A stretch of DNA of 64,000 nt from the IMG/VR virus record IMGVR_UViG_3300032007_000001; one strand, 5' to 3'. Shown here piece by piece: positions 36,461 to 46,851 of the stretch. The stretch is from a virus (lineage: Duplodnaviria > Caudoviricetes). The notes beneath the pieces are model-generated. The model searched no databases. It worked only from the letters and a program-made list of their open reading frames with translations, and was not told the DNA's origin. How positions within the stretch are numbered: the first letter of the stretch is position 1; every line of letters begins with the position of its first letter. The position numbers and the translations under genes are program-made.

Positions 36461-36772
36461 TTATAATTGTTTTTCGCATGCATGATTAGGTTTAACAAAA
36501 TAGAATTTACCATCTTTAAATACTTCTTTTACAACTTCTTTGTAAGATACAATTTGGTCACTATCATAAAAGGATGACCTATTATCTTTGTCTTCCCAAT
36601 AATAAAATTGTACAGAACCAAATCCAATTACTTTTTGAACAAGTTCTTCGGCTTCTTTTTCAGTTTTTGCTCCAACTCTATATCTTCCAGCTGTATTTCT
36701 TTGTCTACTTGGTCTTCTATAATTATCAACTAAGACTATAGCTTGTCTAATTTCTTTCATTAACTTTTTCAT
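36461..36772 (-). CDS. Hypothetical protein
   Basis: About 103 aa. Confidence 0.55.
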   Translation of the reverse strand: MKKLMKEIRQAIVLVDNYRRPSRQRNTAGRYRVGAKTEKEAEELVQKVIGFGSVQFYYWEDKDNRSSFYDSDQIVSYKEVVKEVFKDGKFYFVKPNHACEKQL

Positions 36773-36817
36773 CTCCAAAAAATAAAAGAGGAATAATTTC
36801 CTCTTTTATTCTATACA

Positions 36818-38749
36818 TTATAAACTGTCTATGTTAGCACTAAAAGCATTTTCTTCTATAAATTCTTTTCTCAATGAAGCGTCTTTTCCCATAAGTATTT
36901 CGAACATTTTTGCAGCTTCTTCGGCATCTTCTATAGTTATTCTTTTTAACGTTCTTGTTTTTGGGTCTAGAGTTGTTTCTTTGATTTCTGTATGGTTCAT
37001 CTCGCCCAAACCCTTAAAACGGTATAAAATATCATTGTCGTTTGGATGCAGTTTTCTATATTTTTCCAATTCATTATCATCTGCTATATAAACAGATGTT
37101 GTATCTTTTTTTACTATTCTATATAATGGTGGCAAAGCTGCATATACATGTCCTTTCCTAACCAATTCTGGCATATAATAGTAAAATAATGTCAATAACA
37201 ATGAACGTATATGAGAACCATCAACATCAGAGTCTGTTAATATTATTATTTTATCATATCTTATATTATTGACATCGAATTTATCTCCAATTCCTCCACC
37301 AATAGCTGCTACTATACCTTTAATAATTTCAGAATTTAATATCTTCCCAATATCAGCTTTTGATACATTTAATATTTTACCACGAAGTGGCAATACGGCT
37401 TGGAATTCTTTATATCTTCCTTGTTTCGTTGTACCAGCAGCTGAATCACCTTCTACTATAAGTAATTCACTTTGTCCTTCGTGGTTAGCACAATCTGCCA
37501 ATTTCCCAGGAAGAGCCATGGAAGTAAGTTGTTTTGCTTTTCTTGAATTTAGTCTCGCTTGTCTTGCTGCAAGTTCTGCTGTTTTTGTTTTGCTTGCTCT
37601 TTCAGCTATTAAGTCAAGTATCTTGGATTGTTTACGGTTTTTGGCTATTGCTTCCAATCCTTTTTTAAGCACACTTTCAACCGCATCTTTCGCAATAGCA
37701 TTGCCAAGTTTTGTTTTTGTTTGTCCTTCAAATTCAGCATTGGTCATTTTGATAGAGATAGTAGCATATAGGCCATCTTCAAAATAACGCATTTCAATAG
37801 GTTCTTTGATTAACTTCTTATTAATAGCATATTCATTCAAGTAATCTTTTAATGCATTCCTAAATCCTTGGACATGCATACCACCTTCATAGGTATTGAT
37901 ACTATTGACGAAAGATTTGATTTTATTGTTTGGTTCAACCTCATTATCATGAATAAAAGAAATTTCTACTAAAATCTTACTCCCGTCTATATTGTCATAC
38001 TTATCGTTGATAAGAATTGGTTCATCATATAAACGTTTTTTCTTTTCAATTAATTGTAACGTATATCCATTAATGCCGTCTTTATAATAAAAAGATTTAT
38101 TAACTTTTCTTTTTTCGTTAATATAATTGATAGTCAATCCAGAATTTAGTGAAGCTAATTCTACTAAACGACCTTCTAATCTATTTGAAGGTTCAAGAGA
38201 AGCTTTATAGATTTGTTTATCTGGGTGATATTTAATGGTTGTACCAGTTTCATCAGTATCTCCAATAACTTCTACTTCAGAAGTTGGAACGCCATAAGCA
38301 AATTCTTGTTTATAAATATGTCCATCTCTTTTTACAATGGCACAAAAATAATCACTGCAAGCATTGGTGCAGCACGAGCCAACGCCGTGAAGGCCCGCGC
38401 TTACCGAATATCCGCTATTTTTATCATGACTATATTTACCACCAGAATGAAGTGTTGTAAGAATACCTGTAAGAGTATCAATAGGCTTACCATCTTTATC
38501 TTTGAAAATTTCTGATGGACCAACGGGAATTCCTCTACCTCTATCAATTACTTCTACTGTAAAATCCTTATATATATGAACATCTATAACATTACCATAA
38601 CCGGCCATAAATTCGTCAATTGAATTATCCAATATTTCATAGACAAGTTGTTCTGTGGAATTTAATTGTCCTAAATACATGGCTGGCATTTGACGTATTG
38701 CATCAACATTTTGAAGAGATTTTATTTGATTAACACCATATTCGCTCAA
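36818..38749 (-). CDS. gyrB: Type IIA topoisomerase subunit B (GyrB/ParE-like)
   Basis: PAMYLG, EILDNSIDE, DRGRGIP, LHSGGK, GLHGVG, VEGDSA, PLRGKILN, DSDVDGSHI, RFKGLGEM. Confidence 0.95.
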   Translation of the reverse strand: MSEYGVNQIKSLQNVDAIRQMPAMYLGQLNSTEQLVYEILDNSIDEFMAGYGNVIDVHIYKDFTVEVIDRGRGIPVGPSEIFKDKDGKPIDTLTGILTTLHSGGKYSHDKNSGYSVSAGLHGVGSCCTNACSDYFCAIVKRDGHIYKQEFAYGVPTSEVEVIGDTDETGTTIKYHPDKQIYKASLEPSNRLEGRLVELASLNSGLTINYINEKRKVNKSFYYKDGINGYTLQLIEKKKRLYDEPILINDKYDNIDGSKILVEISFIHDNEVEPNNKIKSFVNSINTYEGGMHVQGFRNALKDYLNEYAINKKLIKEPIEMRYFEDGLYATISIKMTNAEFEGQTKTKLGNAIAKDAVESVLKKGLEAIAKNRKQSKILDLIAERASKTKTAELAARQARLNSRKAKQLTSMALPGKLADCANHEGQSELLIVEGDSAAGTTKQGRYKEFQAVLPLRGKILNVSKADIGKILNSEIIKGIVAAIGGGIGDKFDVNNIRYDKIIILTDSDVDGSHIRSLLLTLFYYYMPELVRKGHVYAALPPLYRIVKKDTTSVYIADDNELEKYRKLHPNDNDILYRFKGLGEMNHTEIKETTLDPKTRTLKRITIEDAEEAAKMFEILMGKDASLRKEFIEENAFSANIDSL

Positions 38750-38855
38750 ATTTTACACCTTCTGTTTTTAAGTTGAATTATTCTATTCTTAAAATTTGTT
38801 TAATAAAAAATTTATTGCTAACAATATCTTAGTAAAAAAATGTGCTTAAATTATT

Positions 38856-39974
38856 TTAATTATGCACAATTATGAAATTTGACTGATTTAGTGCAACGCA
38901 AAGGTTGTTTGCCTTGCATAATTTTATATAATACATTGCTTTCTTTTCTGTATTTTTCATCAATTGAGTAGATACTACTTTGTGATTATAATTTTTTACA
39001 TATTCTAAGAATTTATTAAAATCTTTGAAATACTTTTCTATTTTTGAAAATGGTTGAGCATTGCTATGCAAAAATCTTTTCTTTTCTTCATAATTTTCTT
39101 CAGTGATTTGTTTTCCTTCATCTAATAAAAGTCTTCCTATTTTTGCTATAGCATTTCTTTTTGATGTTTTTCTGTCTTCAATAGAACGTGTTAACATTTT
39201 ATAGTCGCTATTTGACAATTTATTTTCATATTCATAACTAAGATTCAAAAACTCATCAAAAGATTCAAAGTATTTATTGACAAGATTCATATTAATTGGG
39301 AATCTAAGAAATCCATTAATTCTATTTGACTCTAACAAATCTTGGTCTAAAATCAAATATTTTCTTATTAAACATGCAGCAGAACGTAATACATATTCTC
39401 GTTTTTGGTCATTTAAGATATTCTTATCTCTATCTGCATTGTAGCGTATCGTTTTTTCTCTATCATGATAAGCTTTATGTTTATTAGAATCTAACCAAAT
39501 TAAATTAGTTGGATTATTATTTTTATGATTTTCGTCAATGTGATGTACATCAAATCCGCCTATATCAATTTTGGGTTCCATATAATTCATAACCATATGA
39601 TGAGTAAATTTCCATTCATTATTATTAATGTCATAAAACATTTCTCTATCGTAGTTATAGTCTTCTTGATTAATTTGAAAATTCATTGGAAATATACTAT
39701 CAGCTTTTTTTAATAAATTTGCAGAAACGTATCTATTGTCTTTTGTATAAAAAAGATGAAGTGGGTCTGTTTCTATATAATTGCCTGTGTCTAATGTAAT
39801 AATGAAAGTATCATAAATATAAGATTTATTAATTGATGATACTTTATCTGGAAAAACGTTGTTATTTTCATCAATTGAATAGACAAAATAATCTTCTTTT
39901 TTGTTATTGAACATTTCTTCTATAGATTTTATTGTTCCATCTAAAAGTTTTATTAAAGTATTTCCACTCAGCAT
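38856..39974 (-). mobile_element. Free-standing intein-like gene (Hint + HNH endonuclease) without exteins
   Basis: Starts MLSGNTLIKLLDG (block A, Cys replaced by the start Met); TDPLHLFYT (block B); VHHIDENHKNNNPTNL (HNH); NHKVVS...YYIKL...IIVHN-stop. Confidence 0.85.
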
Positions 39975-40080
39975 ATCTCTCACCCTCTCAGAAGCTGCTT
40001 GTGCACATTATATATACGTTGTTATAGATTTATTTTAAGCATAAAAAAAGAACTGGATAATCCAGTCCTTTTTATTTATT

Positions 40081-40668
40081 TTACATCTCTAAATTATCTT
40101 GTTCTCCTGTTTCAAAATATTTTTGTATCTTTTTTAATCGTTCTAATTTTTTCTTGTCAACCGATTTTTCACTTTTTTCCAATTTTTTTATCTTTTTTAA
40201 GTTTTCTTTTTTAAGATAATCTAACATTTTATTCATGTCAATCCAATTATTAAAATGTATTGTATCATCATAATTTGGCAATTTGTAATCTTTTGAAAAA
40301 ATATTTTTATAATCATCATAATTATTACAACTTTTAATTTCAATATCTTCTACTATCCCATCTGGATTTCCGTCAAAATCAATACTAACAGTAATAATTG
40401 CTGTTACATAAGAATTTAATTCGTTTTCACTTCTAAATACATGTAATTCTGTTACATAAAATAATGGATATTTTATCCCATCTTCGTTTGTCTTTTGATA
40501 TCCAAATTGTCCCCTTAATCCAACATCTTTTCCAGTTGTATCGTTTAATCTAAAGAACAATTTTTCATTAAATAAATTTGAATCTTTACTATTTATCAAC
40601 TTTTTTACTATATTTTCATTTATATTAAATATATTAGGAGATAATCCTTGTTTTATAAGATGTTTCAT
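40081..40668 (-). CDS. Hypothetical protein (MKHLIKQG leader)
   Basis: 195 aa; GGTGA SD. Confidence 0.7.
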   Translation of the reverse strand: MKHLIKQGLSPNIFNINENIVKKLINSKDSNLFNEKLFFRLNDTTGKDVGLRGQFGYQKTNEDGIKYPLFYVTELHVFRSENELNSYVTAIITVSIDFDGNPDGIVEDIEIKSCNNYDDYKNIFSKDYKLPNYDDTIHFNNWIDMNKMLDYLKKENLKKIKKLEKSEKSVDKKKLERLKKIQKYFETGEQDNLEM

Positions 40669-40681
40669 TTTTTGTTCACCA

Positions 40682-41104
40682 TTAAAAACTACTTATTTTT
40701 ACATTTAGTTTTTTACTTGCTTTCTTGAAAAAAATATCTCTGGGTTGTAACGGCATATATCTTACAAACGCATCTTCATCAATATTTTTTGAATATACTA
40801 ATATTTCCAAGTTGTTTGTATCTTTAACTACAAAACTCATACCCGGTGTTTCTCTTCTTACTGTTTTAACCAATAATTTGACATTGGCATCCAATTTAAT
40901 CCAATTTTTGTAAAAAATTTTATGCCCACCAATATCTATCATAACCCAAGGCATACCAATACCAACAGCAAAATCGTTATCACCGTCATAATTGGGTACG
41001 AGTTCAATATTTCCTTTTATATTATCAATAATATACTTAAACATTTTTATCGTTTCTCTTTCGAATTCTTCTTGCCAAAATTTTTCTTTATTTGTTCTAT
41101 TCAT
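40682..41104 (-). CDS. Early hypothetical protein
   Basis: AAGGAGG SD and promoter upstream. Confidence 0.7.
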   Translation of the reverse strand: MNRTNKEKFWQEEFERETIKMFKYIIDNIKGNIELVPNYDGDNDFAVGIGMPWVMIDIGGHKIFYKNWIKLDANVKLLVKTVRRETPGMSFVVKDTNNLEILVYSKNIDEDAFVRYMPLQPRDIFFKKASKKLNVKISSF

Positions 41105-41125
41105 TCTTCTCGCCTCCTTATGTGT

Positions 41126-41154
41126 ATTATACCAAAATAATCGAAAAATGTAAA
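41126..41154 (-). promoter_or_regulatory. SigA-type (early) promoter
   Basis: TTTACA-17nt-TATAAT with extended TG. Confidence 0.8.
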
Positions 41155-41168
41155 TAGTTTTAGTGTTT

Positions 41169-43031
41169 TTATTTTAGAATTTCTTTCAATTCATTTTCTG
41201 TATGAAGAACCTTGGTGTTATACTTTTCAGCTGCTTTAAGTTTGTTTCCACCAGCATCTTCACCGATAAGGAGATAGTTAGTATCTTTCGTTACTGAAGT
41301 CTTGAAAACATGACCAGCATCTTCAATGAGCTTCTGGAAGTAACTGCGAGGTTGGTCAAACTTACCAGTTACACAGATATTCAATGCATTTTCTTTTACT
41401 TCTTTTTTCTCAATAGCCTCTGGATTAATGTATTCGCGAAGCTTCAAAACATCTGTTAAGGCATTAGCAAGGTTGTCAATAACAGCAGAACCAATACCTT
41501 TAATAGTATAGAGATTTTTGCAGCCATTTTCAATCTCTTTTACAAGGTTTTCGTAAGTGCCAAGATATTCTGCGATAATCTTGGCGTTCATTTTTCCAAC
41601 ATGGTCGATACCAAGGCAATAAATGAATGTGTCGAGAGAAACGTTTTTTACAGACTTTTTAATATTATCTGCAAGTTTCTGAGCAGATTTTTCTGCAAAT
41701 CCTTCAACGTTCATCAAATCTTCTTTTGTAATTCTAAAAATATCATGCCAAGATTTGAATTGATAACTTTCAATAATCTTATCAGCAGTCTTAGCAGAGA
41801 GATTTGCAATGTTGAGAGCCGGTTTTGAAGCAATGTAGTTAATCTGCATAGAAATTCTTCCTTTGCAAGAAGGATTTACGCAGGCAAGCTGGCCATTATT
41901 TTTGATTAAAGGTTGACCACAAACAGGGCAAACATTTGGAATTTCAATTTCCTTATCACCATCTTCAATGACGCTTGTGATATAAGGGATAATTTCGTTT
42001 GCTTTCTCTACCAAAACCTTTGCATTCATAGTGAGGTGCTTTTCTTTAATCCAATCCACGTTATGGATAGAAGCTCTCTGAACAGTAGTACCAGCAAGGC
42101 GAATTGGCTCAAGGATAGCAACTGGAGTAACCTTAGTTCTGCCAAGGCTCCACTCAACATCGATGATTCTTGTTTCTTTCTTTTCTGTTTCAAACTTAAT
42201 AGCAATAGCATCTTTCGGATGATGGCCAGTGACGCCATATTTTTCAAAACTATCTTCTTCCAAACACTTCATTACAAGACCGTCAATGTCATACTTCATA
42301 GAATTCTTATCGAAGTTATTGATGAAATCCATGAGCTTATCAAAATCATCAAAAATCCAAGTATCTGGAGTTTCATAACCAAATTCTTTAAGCATTTCTA
42401 TATCTTTGTCATAAGAAAAATGATGATTTGTTATATCTTGACCTTTTCGCCTTATTTCATAAGCAAGAAAGCCAACAGTATAGTATTTGTTATCGTCAAG
42501 ATTGCGAAGAATTCCAGCTGCTGCATTTCTTGCATTTTCAAAAGGTTCAAGACAATTCTTTTCACGTTCTTCATTGATTTTCAAAAACGTTTCTTTGTCA
42601 ATGTAAGCTTCACCACGAACAACGTATCCATTCGCTTTACCCATTTTAATTTTGTTGGCAAGAGGAAGGATATCTCCACGTGTACCAGTACCTCTGGTTA
42701 CTCTTACATTGTTACCGTAGTCAACAAGAGTCAGACCATCAATTTTAGGCTGAATCATAACGTGATTATTGAATTTATTAAAAAACTTTTTAATTTCTTC
42801 AATTTCGTGAATCTTAATTTTATCCAGCGACATCATTGCAAAATCATGCTTACGCTTTGTAAACCCATTTACTTCATCGCTCGGAACATAATTTAGTTCT
42901 TTAGTACCATATTTCTCTATGAACTCCTTGCGAAGAGCGTCATATTCAGCGTCACTCATAATGGGGTTATTACATTCATAGTATTGGATATCGCAACGGT
43001 TGATGAGATCTAACATCTCTTGTTTAGTCAT
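41169..43031 (-). CDS. ligA: NAD+-dependent DNA ligase
   Basis: YY....P.MSDAEYD, MMSLDK, PKIDG (adenylation Lys), TRG.G..G, NARNAAAG, IDGLV, AIKF, C4 Zn finger, HhH, BRCT (VTGKF). Confidence 0.96.
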   Translation of the reverse strand: MTKQEMLDLINRCDIQYYECNNPIMSDAEYDALRKEFIEKYGTKELNYVPSDEVNGFTKRKHDFAMMSLDKIKIHEIEEIKKFFNKFNNHVMIQPKIDGLTLVDYGNNVRVTRGTGTRGDILPLANKIKMGKANGYVVRGEAYIDKETFLKINEEREKNCLEPFENARNAAAGILRNLDDNKYYTVGFLAYEIRRKGQDITNHHFSYDKDIEMLKEFGYETPDTWIFDDFDKLMDFINNFDKNSMKYDIDGLVMKCLEEDSFEKYGVTGHHPKDAIAIKFETEKKETRIIDVEWSLGRTKVTPVAILEPIRLAGTTVQRASIHNVDWIKEKHLTMNAKVLVEKANEIIPYITSVIEDGDKEIEIPNVCPVCGQPLIKNNGQLACVNPSCKGRISMQINYIASKPALNIANLSAKTADKIIESYQFKSWHDIFRITKEDLMNVEGFAEKSAQKLADNIKKSVKNVSLDTFIYCLGIDHVGKMNAKIIAEYLGTYENLVKEIENGCKNLYTIKGIGSAVIDNLANALTDVLKLREYINPEAIEKKEVKENALNICVTGKFDQPRSYFQKLIEDAGHVFKTSVTKDTNYLLIGEDAGGNKLKAAEKYNTKVLHTENELKEILK

Positions 43032-43069
43032 TAAAAATCTCTCCTTTTTTTCATCTGTTTTGTATATTT

Positions 43070-43098
43070 ATTATACCACAAAAAGCCTTAAATGTAAA
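43070..43098 (-). promoter_or_regulatory. SigA-type (early) promoter of ligA
   Basis: TTTACA-17nt-TATAAT with extended TG. Confidence 0.8.
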
Positions 43099-43247
43099 TG
43101 GTTTTGAACAAATTCTCTCAAATGTTTTTTGTATTTTTTGAGAAATATTTAGCAAACTTAGTTCTATTGTACTAATAGGAAGGGATTGAATGGTCTAAAG
43201 AGTTAAAAATGTTAAATTTACTCATAATTTTATGGAGGGGATGATAT

Positions 43248-43610
43248 ATGGAATTACCTGCATGGCTGCAAATTGCTTTTATGATATTATCCTCTTGCCT
43301 TTCTTTAGTTGTAGCTTATCTTGGAACAAAAATCAAGAAACTGCAGGAGAGAAAAGAAGAGGAAGCTAAGCAAACTGCAAAAGAAGAAGAAGCTTTTAAG
43401 ACTGGCATCAGGTCGATGCTAAGAGACAGATTAATTTACATCTGCTATAAATGTAAAGAAAAGAACTGCATTACAGTTGACGAACTTGAAAACCTTGCTG
43501 ATATCTTTAAGTCATACGATGATTTAGAAGGCAACGTTGCAGTAACTAAACTTTACAAAGAAACAATTGCATTACCATTAGACGCTAATGAAAATGTGAA
43601 ATATATTTAA
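43248..43610 (+). CDS. Putative holin-like membrane protein, copy 1
   Basis: N-terminal TM helix; GIRSMLRDRL...ENL.DIF.SY..L.GN. Confidence 0.65.
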   Translation: MELPAWLQIAFMILSSCLSLVVAYLGTKIKKLQERKEEEAKQTAKEEEAFKTGIRSMLRDRLIYICYKCKEKNCITVDELENLADIFKSYDDLEGNVAVTKLYKETIALPLDANENVKYI

Positions 43611-43824
43611 GTGAGCTAAGAACAATGAAACAAATCAATACTGAAACACATAGCGATAAAAAGAGCGTGGATGTTCTTTATCGCTTGTGTAGTGATTCAG
43701 GCGCTACCCTCTAACATTGAGATAGCGCTTATTTTTATAAAATTTCATTGTTTTTTTATAAACGAGACTTTTTGAAATATTTTACTTATAGTAAGAAAGA
43801 CAATATTTTTATGGAGGGATAATA

Positions 43825-44241
43825 ATGGAATTACCAGCATGGACGCAAGTTGTTTTTATGATTATTTCTTCTATTCTTTCAATTATTGTCGCATATCTTG
43901 GACGTAAAATTACTCAAGAACAAGAAAGACGTGATAAGGCTGAAGAACAAATAACTAAAGAAGAATTAGCTTTGAAAACTGGTATTCGTGCAATTCTTAG
44001 AGACCGTTTACTATATATATGTCTGATTTGCGAAAGAAGAGGAGCAATAACAGTTGAAGAACTTGAAAATCTTTCTGACATTTTTAGGTCTTATGAAGAT
44101 TTAGGTGGTAATGGAGCTGCTAAAAAAATTTATCAAGATACAGTCGAATTGCCATTAACTACACATGCAAAGGATGCAGAACATGATGTTGGAATAAGTG
44201 ACGAAACGTTACAACACATAAAAAAAATGAAGCTATCATAA
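43825..44241 (+). CDS. Putative holin-like membrane protein, copy 2
   Basis: Close paralogue of 43248-43610 (MELPAW...GIRAILRDRL...YEDLGGNG). Confidence 0.68.
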   Translation: MELPAWTQVVFMIISSILSIIVAYLGRKITQEQERRDKAEEQITKEELALKTGIRAILRDRLLYICLICERRGAITVEELENLSDIFRSYEDLGGNGAAKKIYQDTVELPLTTHAKDAEHDVGISDETLQHIKKMKLS

Positions 44242-44310
44242 TGATAGCTTTTATTTTTATAAAAAATAAATGTATGTTATTTATAGAAATAATATTTGGG
44301 TGATATATAT

Positions 44311-44817
44311 ATGCTAAACTTAAATGATATTATAACATACGGCAATGCAAAATTCAAAGTAGTTAAATTTGCAACAAGTAATGATATAAATGAACTTAAT
44401 AAGAAAATAGGTCTGGGTGTTGATTGGTGTTATATCTACCCAAATGGTGGTACAGAATCAAATCCAGCAACCGTGTCAAATAATTCTGAATACATCGAGA
44501 ATAATCCGTTCCCGGGGTATATCGTAGAATGTAAACCGGAATTATATGTTGACGGAGATTGGGGTTTTCCAAATTGGGCGCAAAGTGTTAGACCAGATAA
44601 TAATACATGGATGGGATTCGGTGTTTCTGCTAATCAACACAATAACGAGAACATAAATATTAAGGTCGGTTCTCAACATTTATATACTGGGTCTTCCTAT
44701 GGAAATACGCTTAATGGTTCTTCTTGGCCAAAAAATTCTCCAACAACAGGTCCATTGAACACACCTCTTCCTTGCCGCGTCAAAGTCTGGAAAATTGGAA
44801 AAATTAAGGAGAACTAA
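44311..44817 (+). CDS. Putative virion/tail-fibre-tip-like protein
   Basis: IYPNGGTESNPA...NPFPGY...PCRVKVWK; N-terminus shared with the 59 aa ORF next to the tail fibre. Confidence 0.55.
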   Translation: MLNLNDIITYGNAKFKVVKFATSNDINELNKKIGLGVDWCYIYPNGGTESNPATVSNNSEYIENNPFPGYIVECKPELYVDGDWGFPNWAQSVRPDNNTWMGFGVSANQHNNENINIKVGSQHLYTGSSYGNTLNGSSWPKNSPTTGPLNTPLPCRVKVWKIGKIKEN

Positions 44818-44833
44818 AGTTTAGTTCTCCTTT

Positions 44834-45346
44834 TTATATCCACAAACTATCAAAATATTTGGCAAACAATAGTATTCCTCTTTTTTTTTCTCTTTCTTCT
44901 TTTTCTGTCTTTATTTCAGAATTATGCGTTGCTAAATCAAAAGCATATATAATTTTATCTAATATTTTATCCCATTCTTCAGTTGCTTTTTCTTCATCTT
45001 TATATTTCTCATATATTTTACTCGGAATTGAATTTTTATTTTTCTTAAATCTTTTTAATAATTTCGCAATAATACCGGCAGATATAGTATCTAATTCCCA
45101 TACCATATCATTGACACCTTGAATTTTATGATAATTTTCTTCATCGCCTATCATAAAATTAATGGTGCTTTTTAATTTTTGTTTTTGTTCTCTGTTTTTT
45201 TGTTTGCATTGATGAAGCCTATCTCTAAGAATTATGTTTTCAATCTGGAGTGACACATTCTCCAAACGTATATTATTATATTCATTACTTTCCAATTGAA
45301 GCAAACGGTGTTTTTCTTTCTCCAAAGCATTCAGTTTTTTATTCAT
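44834..45346 (-). CDS. Hypothetical phage protein
   Basis: WELD...I...L..FK...EWD.ILDKIIYAF...G..LFAKYFDSLW pattern. Confidence 0.7.
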   Translation of the reverse strand: MNKKLNALEKEKHRLLQLESNEYNNIRLENVSLQIENIILRDRLHQCKQKNREQKQKLKSTINFMIGDEENYHKIQGVNDMVWELDTISAGIIAKLLKRFKKNKNSIPSKIYEKYKDEEKATEEWDKILDKIIYAFDLATHNSEIKTEKEEREKKRGILLFAKYFDSLWI

Positions 45347-45428
45347 TATTTATCACCGATTATATTCTATCAAAAAAACTTAAAAATGTACAAAATAAAA
45401 GAGGAGCATTTCGCTCCTCTCATTTGTT

Positions 45429-46190
45429 TTATGCTTTTGCTGCTTTGTATTTGTTATACTCTCTATTTGCATTGCCAACCACTTCTTGGAAATCATCGAG
45501 ATTGATGATTGCATTCTCATCAAGGCGGGTGTGAATCCAATTGACTTGGCATTTTGCAATAAGAGAATGTTGTACATGCTTTGCAAGAATGATATTCGGC
45601 GTTACGAAAATCTCATCGATGCAATTATCCGGATTTTCAAGTCGTACAATGTAGTTGTTCTTGTCTTTGTACAATGTAGTCTTGATTTTTGACTTATTAT
45701 ATACGTTTTCAGTCTGGTCAATAACTTCATATTTATCAAGGTCATTTTTATCGTAATCACCAATCGTCTTATACTGAGAACGTTCATAATGTTGCGCTTT
45801 AATCTTTTCTTCAATCTGGTCGAGGAACTCTACAGGTACAGTCATAAAACTGTCTCTATATTCATTGAACAACTTCTGGTCTGCAAGAGGATAACGAGTC
45901 TTAAGTTCTGCAAGCTTGGAAAGGATAGCATACACAACTTTATCATGCTCGTTTTTCATCTTCTGACGATTTTTTGCATCTTGTTCAGCTTTCTTCAATT
46001 CTTGTTCAAACTGATAACGTTGCAAAGTGCCATCGCTCTCAAGTTTCTTCTTCAAAAATATCTGATTGCCAATGTAGCTCATTATACCGTAAATGGCTTT
46101 CAAAATCATAGTAATTACACTATTCATGCAATTGAAAAGAAAAACAATTGCTGCGCCAGCCATCAGTATGAATCCAAGCGTAATCAACAT
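45429..46190 (-). CDS. Early membrane-anchored hypothetical protein
   Basis: N-terminal TM helix, GAGGAG SD, own promoter. Confidence 0.75.
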   Translation of the reverse strand: MLITLGFILMAGAAIVFLFNCMNSVITMILKAIYGIMSYIGNQIFLKKKLESDGTLQRYQFEQELKKAEQDAKNRQKMKNEHDKVVYAILSKLAELKTRYPLADQKLFNEYRDSFMTVPVEFLDQIEEKIKAQHYERSQYKTIGDYDKNDLDKYEVIDQTENVYNKSKIKTTLYKDKNNYIVRLENPDNCIDEIFVTPNIILAKHVQHSLIAKCQVNWIHTRLDENAIINLDDFQEVVGNANREYNKYKAAKA

Positions 46191-46220
46191 TTTCGTTCGC
46201 TCCTCTCTTTATTTGTTTAT

Positions 46221-46249
46221 ATTATACCACAAAATAACGAAAATGTAAA
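46221..46249 (-). promoter_or_regulatory. SigA-type (early) promoter
   Basis: TTTACA-17nt-TATAAT with extended TG. Confidence 0.8.
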
Positions 46250-46286
46250 TAGTTTTGTGCAAAAAATATATAAAAGAAGCCATAAA

Positions 46287-46508
46287 TTATGGCCTTTTGA
46301 TTCCAGCTTTTATTTTTATTTTCAATGCTTTGTTTTCATATTTGTCATTTCTTTTTGCATTTTTAGCCCAACATTTTACTTCATTGGCTTCATATTGTGT
46401 AATATGACTACACATTTCGTGTAAATATTCTGGTATATTGCCAGCACTCTTCCATGATGAACCGTATTCTGTTTCTACAAAAAACATCATTTTGAATCTC
46501 TCCGTCAT
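46287..46508 (-). CDS. Hypothetical protein
   Basis: 73 aa. Confidence 0.5.
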   Translation of the reverse strand: MTERFKMMFFVETEYGSSWKSAGNIPEYLHEMCSHITQYEANEVKCWAKNAKRNDKYENKALKIKIKAGIKRP

Positions 46509-46568
46509 TTCTTACTTTTTAATAAAATATATTTCAACAAAGAAAAAAAACGAAGAAAAACGGGCACA

Positions 46569-46772
46569 CTACCCGTTTTTCTTACTTTTTAAGAACCATT
46601 GCGTTTCTCCTGTCATTTCATTGACAAAATAGTCGATCTTGAAATCCTTTTTACTTTCCAACATTTTCATTTTTAATGTGGCGTCAAAATCATTTTTAGC
46701 TTCTACAAATTTTAGTTTCGCCTCTTGAGATGGACTAATAGGATTTCTTCCAAATACTCTTAGCTTAATCAT
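46569..46772 (-). CDS. Hypothetical protein
   Basis: GGGGAG SD. Confidence 0.55.
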   Translation of the reverse strand: MIKLRVFGRNPISPSQEAKLKFVEAKNDFDATLKMKMLESKKDFKIDYFVNEMTGETQWFLKSKKNG

Positions 46773-46851
46773 AACTCTCCCCTTCTTCAAAATTTGTTTT
46801 AGTAGTAAAAACTCTTTTAAGTCGGGATTTAATCTCGGAAAATAATGTTCA

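Noticed and set aside
37269-37787. 172-aa + strand ORF (and similar ones at 18260, 24597, 45789, 51688)
   Set aside because: Antisense to gyrB, recJ, gyrA, the membrane protein and the helicase; no independent support.
38856-39974. Orphan intein as half of a trans-splicing split intein for gyrB
   Set aside because: It contains both N- and C-terminal Hint blocks, has no extein, and gyrB and gyrA appear complete.
41913-42896. 327-aa + strand ORF
   Set aside because: Antisense shadow of ligA; no SD or recognisable motif, and the ligase codon bias explains the lack of stops.
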